Assembly: GCA_029953675.1 (NCBI GenBank)
Contig: JAMWBK010000002.1
Coordinates: 3,224,001-3,288,000 of the forward strand
From: Rhodosorus marinus CCMP1338
Lineage: Eukaryota > Plantae > Rhodophyta
Length of the DNA: 64,000 bases
Direction: 5' to 3'
The notes below the pieces were generated by a model that saw only the letters and a program-made list of their open reading frames with translations, was not told the origin of the DNA and did not search any database. This document shows positions 15,517 to 25,393 of the stretch, piece after piece. The number at the start of each line of letters is the position of its first letter. The first letter of the stretch is position 1. The position numbers and the translations under genes are program-made.

Positions 15517-15602
15517 CCAATCCCATCCCAATCTCTCCCAGTCCTCATTGGTTGAAATTGATATACACTTAAAATAGTTCGGTGATTCCCTAACATGATT
15601 GG
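15517..15602. promoter_or_regulatory. CCAAT-box cluster upstream of MCCB
   Basis: CCAAT at 15517 and 15528, ATTGG at 15547 and 15598, followed by a G/T-rich leader that runs into MCCB. Confidence 0.45.
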
Positions 15603-16035
15603 ACATAGAATATCATAAGGAAATTATTTTATTACTAATGCGGTGTAATCATAAAGGTGAAGCTCCCTATGGATACTAATAGCTGAGGTTGGAGAGGAAG
15701 CGGAGCAGTTAGCTTATGGTATCTGACTGGTTTTTGAAGAAGGCATTTGTAGATTTGGATGAGAGAAGTCCATGGTTAAGCAAATTCAATAAAAGTAGAC
15801 TGATTTTGAATGAGTCCTGTAAAGTAGTCTGGTGTTATTGTTTAGTTGGCGGTATATGATGAGTTGAGGCGCTGGTCTGGTTTGGTCTTGGCTAAGGTAA
15901 GTCTGGATTTGGATGCGAGTATGGCGCGGTAGGAGAACGTGAAGAGGTCCAGACGGGTTAAGTGAAGTATTTTGCTTTATTTTTACGCCTTGCTTTGGGG
16001 TTTTTCTGTGAGAAACGCACTGTATAGGCTTCGCG

Positions 16036-17934
16036 ATGCGTTGGAATTGGAGCGTCGTGGGGAATGCGTTGAAGTTGGAGGCTAGGGCGAAGAACGTTGA
16101 ACACCACAAGCGACTGAAGGAGGAACTGCAAAGGATTGTTTCAGTACGTGGAGGAGGTGAGAAGAATTGTAAGCGACATGTGGAGAGGAAGAAATTGCTG
16201 GCTTGGGATCGGGTAAGTCGGCTATTTGATCCTGGCTCTCCGTTTTTGGAATTGTCGCAGCTCGCTGGTTATAAGCTTTATGAAGACATAGATTTGCCAA
16301 GGGGAGGTGTGATAACTGGTGTTGGACTTGTCCATGGAAGACCTACCATGGTGGTAGCAAACGATGCGACGGTAAAAGGTGGTACATACTTTCCCATCAC
16401 TGTGAAGAAACATCTGAGGGCGCAGGAGATTGCGAGACAATGCCGATTGCCGTGTGTCTACCTCGTCGACTCTGGCGGTGCATTCATTCCGATGCAGAGC
16501 GACGTTTTTCCAGACAGAGATCATTTCGGGAGAATCTTTTACAACCAAGCTCAGATGTCTGCTGAAGGAATACCACAGATAGCGATTGTAATGGGATCAT
16601 GTACAGCTGGCGGCGCATATATTCCAGCGATGGCCGACGAGTCTATCATTGTTAAAGGGACTGGAACGATATTTCTGGGCGGACCACCACTAGTGAAAGC
16701 TGCAACCGGTGAAGAAGTGACTTCGGAGGAGCTGGGTGGTGCCGAGGTTCATACCAGCAAGTCAGGGCTCGCCGACTGCTTTGCAGTATCTGATATGCAA
16801 GCACTATCTCAGGCCAGGGACATCATGCGAAAATATAAAATGGAAAACTCTTGTTTTATGTCAGCAGTGGATGAACCTGTACACCCGCCTTCTGAAATTC
16901 CAGCCGTTGTGCCTGAAAATTTTGCCGAAGCATATGACGTCCGTGAGGTTGTTGCTCGGGTAGTTGACGGCAGTCGATTCAATGAGTTTAAACCGAAATA
17001 CGGTACTACTCTGGTCACTGGATTTGGTGAGATCTACGGCCAGCAAGTCGGAATTATTGGGAACAACGGAGTCTTGTTTGGAGAATCTGCACAGAAGGGA
17101 TCCCACTTCATTCAACTCTGCGAGAACCAGAATACCCCCCTCGTGTTCCTACAGAACATCACAGGGTTCATGATAGGGAAACACTTTGAGCATTCGGGGA
17201 TTGCCAAAGATGGCGCAAAGATGGTCAACGCAGTTTCCAATTGTACAGTGCCGAAGGTAAGCTTTGTCCCCCAGTGCACGTACGTAGAGGAAGCAGAGCC
17301 CAATCTACGCGCCTTTCGAAACCCAGGACTGGGATGGTTGAGACTGAGAATGAAATATTGTTCTGCTGCCTTGTTATAGGTTACTCTGATGATCGGTGGG
17401 AGTTTTGGAGCGGGAAACTACGGTATGTGTGGAAGAGCTTACTCCCCTACATTTCTATTCAGTTGGCCAAACTCCCGGATTTCCGTTATGGGAGGTGACC
17501 AAGCGGCTGAGGTACTTGGTCGCGTTCAAGGCGATCAAGATGAACGCGCTGTTGAACGCAGACGGAAGGAAATTCGCGAGACCTTCGAACGTCAAGGGTC
17601 TCCGCTTTGTAAGTTTTTTCTTCTTCACTATCATTTAACTTATTCATTTTCACTTGGCTGTCGCTCGAGTTTCCAGTACAACAGCAGTTCGGCTTTGATA
17701 TTCTGTTTCCTTGTCTTTCCTGTGCTTCTCAGAACAGTACATGTTTGCTCATGATCCGTCTGTGCTTGCACTTTCCTCCTTCTTACGGTTTGTATAGATG
17801 CTAGCTCACGTCTTTGGGATGACGGCGTGATTTCGATGGAAGATTCTCGCAAGGTTCTGGGCCTTTGCCTCGCAATATCGAAGAACGGGATCGAAAAGCC
17901 AGAGCGTGGAAGGTACGGCATCTTTCGAATGTAG
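16036..17934 (+). CDS. MCCB: 3-methylcrotonyl-CoA carboxylase beta subunit
   Basis: [76 protein letters not shown]. The last exon is [11 protein letters not shown]...YGIFRM* (TAG 17932-17934). The true start may be in an upstream exon. Confidence 0.93.
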
Positions 17935-18007
17935 TTGGCAGCTAGGAGGCATTTCCTCTTCCGTGCGTTCTGGACATTTCAGCTTCAGTACTCGTCTGCT
18001 GAGAGCT

Positions 18008-20272
18008 CTACCCAGGCATCTCCAAAAGGTCGGGAATTCTGGTACTGTAATATCGATTGAAATCCAGCCTGCAATAAAGCTCCCTGTACAGTTCAGATGA
18101 AGAATCCGAAGACTCAGCTAACACCGCTAGAGTCTTGAGAAGAAATCTCGCGCAGTGTTGGACTTCCTCGATTGCAGAAACGGCAATCATGTCGCCCTTA
18201 TATCCCAACAGAAGTGCCGCGCGGAGAATCTTTGACATAGCCTTGTAAACAGCAGGCCGTTTTGTTAGGAAACAACTCTCGATACATCTCGATATGCTGG
18301 TTTCCAGTATGGCCCTGATATCATCGACAATCTCACACGAGGTCAACTCCTTAATAAGCTCTGGGCTGAACACTCCGTTCGCCACTGGGCCCATAAGGTA
18401 GTCCTCAATACATTTCACGACATGGAGCATCTCAATCCTCAGAGCTTTCGCGCGCGGGGTTACAGCCACAGCGTTTCTTGCAGACAGAGACGCTCTGCGA
18501 AGGTCCAGCAAAAGGCGCAAGATTCGACTAAGATTCTGCACAAGCTCGGGAGCAATTACATGCTCAAGCCCATGCGATGGCGTACACGCTAATCGCAAGC
18601 TCCAGAGCTGTATCTGGTTGTCAGCATCCAACTCATCGTCAGCAATAAACTCAAGTTTGAGCGGGAGCCACCCCGAAACTGGAGGGTCCCCTCTCCTCTC
18701 GTCTTCAAGAGCATCAAGAAAACTCTCGTTTAGGAGAACTCTTTCAAAACCTCGACGTTGATCGAACGGATTATCCAATCGTGTTACTACGGGACTAAAT
18801 ACTGCGTCACGTAATCTCTCCAGCTGCGGAATCAACAATTGTCGGTCACGTAGAATTCCAATTAGGTCCGCATTGAGCTCTAAGAACCGCACCCTGATCG
18901 CCCTCTCCACGCTCTGTTGAACCCTAAAAGCTGCAGGAACGCACTTTAAAGGGTCCTTAACATACAGTCCATCACTTGCTACGTCGAAGACGCTGAGACT
19001 TTGTTCTTGATTTGCCGATCCATTTTGTGCTGTCACCTCCTCCACGTGTACGTGCCCCAGCAGGCCAAGACGTTCATAACTTCCAAACTGAGAGCTCCTG
19101 TGGTCGAGGTCAAGCCACAGCCTTTGGACGTTCAGAATGACTTTTGAACACTTTCGAGCTAGGTTCCAGCTATCCCTCAGAATCTCTGGAGGTTTTGGCT
19201 GATCCATCAATGTCACTCCGTTGCTACAAAGGTCGTCCAAAATTTGAAGATTCATTCCCAAGAGGCTAGCCAGCAGTGCTGCAGACACCTCGACTTCAAT
19301 ATGCGCACTAGATAGGTATGAGCTGGTGTTAAATTCCGCGAGCACGTCTTCTGGGCACTTGCTATCAGCTTCTTCCTGAAATCGACGGACGATGCAGCGC
19401 ACTACTCGTACGCGTCGAGCAAACTGCTCAGCTTCAGACCGCGCCGCTAGCAGTGTCTTTGGCCTAGTATCCAGTACCCCAGCTAGACGGAAGCGCAACG
19501 TTGGGAGGTACCCACGCAAGAGCTCAGATATGGATGCATGCTGATCCCCCTCCGCCAAGCGCTCGAGCTCCCAGACCCCATGGGCCACGTTTGCAAACCA
19601 CATCAGGACGCGCCTTTCCGCATGGCCGATGGGCAGGTTCTTTGAGACTTCTACGACGCCGTTTCTCTCGATGATGACGTCCCCAAAGCTCCCGTTGAGC
19701 GATAACATGGCTTCCCTGATGATTCCTTCTAGAGATTCTCCAACGTTCTTCTTCATTCCGAGTGCGATATCACAGTGATGGCGAACTGAATCAAGGTCCA
19801 GAGATTCCTTGATTTCTGGCGAATCTCTCCGCAAGGGACCCTTCTGCCTCGACTTGTCGTAGGTCGGGCTTCGTGCTGGCGCAATATTTTCGTCGTCGTC
19901 TTCTCCCCAGTCAGACAGCGTATCTGAAAGGAAGTCCTCGAGCGGGATATTTTCTGCCATCAAGTCCTGAACGAGAAGTCGATGGTGTGCATCTGAAAGT
20001 AGGACGAGCGTTCTCACAATGCGGGACGTGACCACACTTCCATAAACGTCCTCCACTGTAGAAGCAAGGTCCGCAACGGTCTGGTCCGTTTCACATATCT
20101 GCAACTCTAACAATTCTTCAAGTCCGAACTTCCGTTCTGATAGATGATAAGGGGTGCTAAGCTTCTTATCCAGAAACTGGGCAACTGAATGTCCAATCAA
20201 GTCCACGGTACTACCCGGTACCCGATCAGAGACAACGCAGCGCACCAACTCATGAGCCGCCTCGTTTTTCAT
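18008..20272 (-). CDS. Gamma-tubulin complex component (Spc97/Spc98 family, GCP5/6-like), intronless, 754 aa
   Basis: The C-terminal block LEHVIAPELVQNLSRILRLLLDLRRA...LRIEMLHVVKCIEDYL...CFLT fits the GRIP2 pattern. The N-terminal half is divergent. Confidence 0.7.
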   Translation of the reverse strand: MKNEAAHELVRCVVSDRVPGSTVDLIGHSVAQFLDKKLSTPYHLSERKFGLEELLELQICETDQTVADLASTVEDVYGSVVTSRIVRTLVLLSDAHHRLLVQDLMAENIPLEDFLSDTLSDWGEDDDENIAPARSPTYDKSRQKGPLRRDSPEIKESLDLDSVRHHCDIALGMKKNVGESLEGIIREAMLSLNGSFGDVIIERNGVVEVSKNLPIGHAERRVLMWFANVAHGVWELERLAEGDQHASISELLRGYLPTLRFRLAGVLDTRPKTLLAARSEAEQFARRVRVVRCIVRRFQEEADSKCPEDVLAEFNTSSYLSSAHIEVEVSAALLASLLGMNLQILDDLCSNGVTLMDQPKPPEILRDSWNLARKCSKVILNVQRLWLDLDHRSSQFGSYERLGLLGHVHVEEVTAQNGSANQEQSLSVFDVASDGLYVKDPLKCVPAAFRVQQSVERAIRVRFLELNADLIGILRDRQLLIPQLERLRDAVFSPVVTRLDNPFDQRRGFERVLLNESFLDALEDERRGDPPVSGWLPLKLEFIADDELDADNQIQLWSLRLACTPSHGLEHVIAPELVQNLSRILRLLLDLRRASLSARNAVAVTPRAKALRIEMLHVVKCIEDYLMGPVANGVFSPELIKELTSCEIVDDIRAILETSISRCIESCFLTKRPAVYKAMSKILRAALLLGYKGDMIAVSAIEEVQHCARFLLKTLAVLAESSDSSSELYRELYCRLDFNRYYSTRIPDLLEMPG

Positions 20273-20454
20273 CTCAAATCAATTCCGTCAGACAGTTAAC
20301 CTATCCACCAGGGAAGCACTTTTTCCATCATCAGCTTCTCCGAAATTGCACCTAACCGTAGAAGATCATCATATACAAGATCCGGCAACCTGATCTAGAC
20401 CAAGCTTCATACAAAAAGAGCTTCTACCACTACTCTTGAGAAGAAAAACAATGT

Positions 20455-21350
20455 CCGCAGAGACCGGCAGTCCAAAACGTTCCTCCTCAAGTCATTTGGC
20501 AAAGAACATGCGCTTGAAGGGGTGTTTGCGACGAACCGGGAGAAGTGGGTAACCATTTAGATCTGCACCCGAGGATAGATGATGTATTGATAGCATTGAC
20601 GATCATCAAAACAAAGTTTTCATCTCAATAATAGAGTAGGAGAAACCCGAATAGGATAGTTGCCTCGTCTTTGTCCTTAGAAACCTGACCGAAACTTTTT
20701 TAGTTGCCGCAGGTCAATTTAGACTCCATTGGAAGGCAGGTTTGAGGGAGGTACGCATTTGGATATGCACGCGGGGATAGATGCTGTATTGATAGCATTG
20801 GACATCATGAAAACAAGGTTTTCTTCTCAATAAAAGAGTAGGAGAACCCGAATAGGATAGTGGCTTCACTGTCCAAAACGCTCAGGTGCGCTGAAGACTC
20901 GACAGGAAGGAGAGAGCGGTACCCATTTGGATCTTTACCCGGGGAAGGATGCTGTATTGATAGGATTGAAGATCATCAAAATAAAGTTTACTTGGCAATG
21001 ATAGAGTAGGAGAAACCCGAATAGTATAGTTGCTTCTCCTTTGTCTTCAGAAACCAGTCCAAAAGGTTCTTGCCTTGGATAATCTTACCGCCGAAGCCGC
21101 GATTGAAAGGCAAGAGATAGGTGTGTGGACTTGGATCTGCACCCGAGGATAGATCCGGTATTAATAGCATTGAACATCATCAAAACAATGCTTTCTGCTC
21201 AACAATACAGCAGAAGAAACCGAAAGAGGATAGTGGTTTCGCTTTGTCTTCAGGAACCAGTCCAAAATGTTCCCCTCGTGGCTTAGTATTCTGGAAGGAC
21301 GTCTGGATGAACGCTTGCTGAAGGGGACTGCAGTGGTTGAGACATTCTGT
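20455..21350. repeat. Degenerate tandem array, about 4.5 copies of a ~203-bp unit
   Basis: Anchor TATT(G/A)ATAG at 20585, 20787, 20955, 21159 (spacing 202/168/204). Shared cores are GATC(T)GCACCCGAGGATAG, CATCAAAACAA, GAGTAGGAGAAACCCGAATAG and CAGTCCAAAA. Confidence 0.9.
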
Positions 21351-21612
21351 GGCCTTGAAAGGCATCTTGACGTTTTGCTAAGAGGTCGTTATGGAGTCGA
21401 GACTGTATCGTCGTCTCTATCGATTTGCTAGAAGGATACCACAAGTTGAAGCTAGGAGTCGGGCCATTGATAAGTTGCGTGATGGGTTCATGAGAGGTGG
21501 AAAGGATCCTGGGTCCGGTCTGGAGTCAGCACTCTCGTAAGTTTAGCGTTCCAGTGCTTTGTGTTGAATACTACCGACTGAATCCGGTCCTAGTTTGGTT
21601 AGGTTTCTGAGA

Positions 21613-21837
21613 ATGTCGGTACCGAAGAGGTTTTGGCCCGAGCCCGAGATCGGTGATAAGGGTGGTCGATATGTGTATATAGAAGGGAAACTTGTCCGGG
21701 TTGAGGACGCTGCGAAAGCAAAGGGAAGAAGTCCGTTGAAAGATCTCGGCGCAGTGTCATCTGATGATCTCCGAAGACATCGAGCTCTAACGGAGAGGAT
21801 GCAGTTTAGGGGGCCAACTTGGGAGAATAGGCGATAA
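21613..21837 (+). CDS. Small (74 aa) protein of unknown function
   Basis: ATG-to-stop ORF MSVPKRFWPEPEIG...SSDDLRRHRALTERMQFRGPTWENRR. The C-terminus recalls a small conserved eukaryotic family (from memory, unverified). Confidence 0.65.
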   Translation: MSVPKRFWPEPEIGDKGGRYVYIEGKLVRVEDAAKAKGRSPLKDLGAVSSDDLRRHRALTERMQFRGPTWENRR

Positions 21838-22000
21838 GTTCCCGGATCTATAATCTATACTGTTCTTTATCGTTACCAAACGAGCTTCTGCATGTTACGT
21901 ATTCTCTGCTCTTCGCCTTCATCCCCCGGCCCCGCGAAACACCTCTCGAAAAATTGTCCAAGGCGAGGACTTAACAATTACCACAAGCGTAAACGCACTA

Positions 22001-23387
22001 TTATACTTGCGACGCTGAAAGAGTTAGTGCCACCGTTGAAATGTCCTCCCCGCGTCTTATTCCAATTTTAACTCTGTCGCCAACTGTATATTCCTCAAGA
22101 ACCTGTGGCCAAGTGAGGAGAAAAGGGTCGCTTGTGAAAGTCAGCTGAGATTACACCAAACGCTGATTGAATCGTTTCCGCGCTCAGAGTTTCCAGTTCA
22201 CCTTGAATAGATCTGTTTCATCGGCTATCGGTTTGTTATCAATGGACAAGATGATGTCTCCAAGTACAACTTTCCCAAAGCTCGCTCGTGAGGTACCCTG
22301 AAGTCCTGCCTTGGCTGCTGGGGATCCTTTAGGAACGTCGAGGATCAGAACGCCCTCGCTGATCCCTAGAGCTCTGGATTGTGAGGATTCCAGGTAGCTG
22401 ATACCGATTACTGGTCTGACAATTCTTCCGTTCCGGATAAGCTCGTTCACAATCGACTTCAGCGTATCGATTGGAATCGCAAATCCAACACCAGAGGACG
22501 CTCCAGAAGGTGAATAGATGGACGTGTTCATTCCGATGATCTTGCCTTGAGAGTCCAACAACGGACCTCCAGAATTGCCGGGGTTGATTGCTGCGTCGGT
22601 CTGAATCACGTTGGTAATTGGTCGACCAGTGGGAGATCTCATCTACGTGAACGGGGAGCCAGTGATTGATAAACTGATTAGTCATGGATTGGTTCGCCCA
22701 CCGGGTTCAGCAGGATTGGCGCGTTGGTATGCTTACCTCCCTTCCCAGCCCAGACACGACACCAGTAGTAAGTGTGTGGTCGAGGCCAAACGGGTTGCCG
22801 ATCGCGTACGTACTCTGTCCGACAATAAGGTTTTTGCTGGTACCGATAGATATGGGCTTGAGTTTCTTCTTATCGGCATCGATCTGCAGAACCGCAACGT
22901 CTTTGTCAGCGTCGTAGCCGACGAGTTCCGCATTGAACACCTCTTGATTGTTTAGGGTAATTCTCGCAGCCTCTGCTGATTTAATAACGTGGAAGTTGGT
23001 CACGATGTGTCCGTCGTTATCCCAGACAAACCCGGATCCAGTTCCGGAGGGTATTTCCATGATATTCATTGAAAAGGGTGTTCTTCCGCCAGCAAAAGTC
23101 GTCACATACGCCACCGACGGCGTCGTGTCTTGGAACAAGGATATTACGGCGGATTCTTGCGTGTTCAACCGGCGTGTCTCAGTAGTCGCATCCGCTCTCA
23201 CAGCTGTCATCGTCTCCACAGCATGCGTACCAAGCACGCCATTTGGAATCAAAAGCCCTCCAGCTATCGCAACAGCAGCCAAGCCTTTCCTCCATTCCAA
23301 GCTCATAGAAACTCCCCGAACCACACATACATCTCGACCACCACTATGCCTTATCCTCAATCCATTCGATCCCACAAATCCAGCCAT
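22001..23387 (-). CDS. DEG1: Plastid (thylakoid lumen) Deg/HtrA serine protease with PDZ domain, DEG1-type
   Basis: MAGFV transit peptide plus hydrophobic lumen signal. [40 protein letters not shown] and [19 protein letters not shown]. The last exon is VLEEYTVGD...SASQV* (TAA at 22001-22003). Confidence 0.93.
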
Positions 23388-25393
23388 GCCACAAAAAAAA
23401 AAATTACTCCACTAAAACAACCACACCGAAACAAATCTCCTTCCTCTTAGCTCTCTCCAGAAGAAAAAAAAAATCAAAAAAATCAAAAAAAACCTACAAC
23501 CAAATCACCTACTTATCTGAAAACCCACAAAAAAACACACACACACACATTATGAAAATGAAATGGTCTCCAAACAGAAACCCTATTCCCCAGCTCCCAA
23601 CACACCCACCCCCACCCACTCCCACCACCTCCTTCCTCACAGTATCCGTTCTCACCTTGCCACACAGCATCACATCATCTTCACCAGTAAAACAAAATTT
23701 CTCAACCAAAAAAAAAACAAAAAAAACACAGGACATTGACGATGATAAAAAAAAAAAAAACATTTGCTATCGTACTGAATTTTTTTTCCCTATCAAAAAT
23801 ATCAAATATATTAGAAAAATCTCGATCGGTTGGAGGTGAAGTTTTGGTAAAATATGATGTGATCCACTAAAGTGAGTCCTGAATGTTTGGAGAGGATGAG
23901 GAGCAGTTTGGAGGAGGTTTTGTTGTGATATAGAAGGTGTTTTTTTGTTTTGGATTTTTTTTATTTCATTTGTTTGTGTATTGGAGATAGTCGGAGAGGT
24001 TTGCTGCTATGGTCATGGACAGAGGCTGTTGGATCATCGCCTGGAATATCGGCTGAATTGTTTTTTTTTGGGGGGGGGGGGGAGAGGGTGTCTCGGGGTT
24101 GCTTTGGTTTCGTGCAATGTGGAACGTGTGTTTCAGGTTATTACAGACTGAATCGGGTCAGCTGTTTTAGCTTCCTGTGCCCGGAAAACCGTGTGGACCC
24201 CAGTAGACTGGCTGCTGATTGTTTGAACCGCTTGGAGGTTTCTTGGGGGGTGTTTGGGAGGAGGTTCCTCGTTTGTAGGTGTTGTCAGCTTCTAATTTAT
24301 ATCTAACATAGATTTAACTTGGTTGAGCGAGATATCCGAGATGGTTGTAAGCTGAATATTGGAGTAGGCGATGGTGTTTTTTGTACATACCTTGGGATCG
24401 AGAAGTTGTGCGCCCACAGGTTGTCAATCTGCCATGCACTTATCGTTGGAAACCGTTGAATTTAGGAAGAAACGTCTCGATGGGAGAAAAGGAGATGGAA
24501 TGTGAAGCAACGCAATCCATTCCTTGCATCGCCGACCCATCCGACCAACTTACCCTAGCAAACCACCTCCTCACCCATTTCCCTTCGGCTCGGCTAGTAC
24601 GATCTGAAGAACTGCTCGTCAATACTCTTGAAGCTACCCATTTACATCCAGCTTATGAACTCTTCACCGTCGTGGTCAACGTCCATCGTTAACCAGCTCG
24701 GGTTGCACCCCACCCACGCACATGGCGTTCTTTTTTGGCAACGGATGTTGGTGCTGGTTCCTAAAAGCCCCGAAACCAATCAGATTCTATCGCCTGGTAC
24801 TATACTACTTCCATTGCAAAACCGTCCAAGTAACTTTCGCAATGCTCTCGATCGGAAAGCAACCACCACAACAGCCATCCATCGGCAGCCCAGTCCACCA
24901 ATGCGACGTAATAATCTTCAAAGGGTACTTTTTCGCGCTGGTTGTTAAGAAGCCCAGAATCCATTGCACCAGTGGAACACCAGATCTTATCATCCTCGAG
25001 TTTACTACTGCCACTATACGGCCATGTCCAAAGCGCTTCCACCATCGCCGAGATCGGTAACAGCGCAATCCATCTGGTTCATCGATTCCTCTATGAAGAC
25101 GCAAATTCTGCCCTCAGCAAGCGAATATTAAGTTTTCATAATAAATTTGAGGGGAATTCGAAACCTTACTGTTCTGTAGAGTGGTGGGGAAGAATGACCG
25201 TTAGGATTCTTGAGGATCGAGCTGATGGAGAAATTTGTGGAGAGATCTGAGAATTAGATGATATAAATTGTCATGGAAGAAAGAATAAGAGTAAGTGGAC
25301 CGGAGGGTATGTGGTGATAGTTGGTAGGAACTTTGGAAGGGTTCGAACTGGAGTTGCTTTTGATGTGCTTTGGTGTTAAGACGTTCTGTCGCG

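Noticed and set aside
20545-21260. On the minus strand the repeat units read ...FLLLY(Y/C/H)-TGA/TGC-..., with TGA in three copies aligned to TGC (Cys) in one, suggestive of selenocysteine
   Set aside because: That frame has other stops and frameshifts, no start, no redox motif and no evident SECIS. Its third positions coincide with the + frame, which explains the silent changes equally well.
20455-21350. CRISPR-like repeat-spacer appearance
   Set aside because: The units are ~200 bp and highly diverged, the 'spacers' are homologous to each other, there are no cas genes and the context is eukaryotic.
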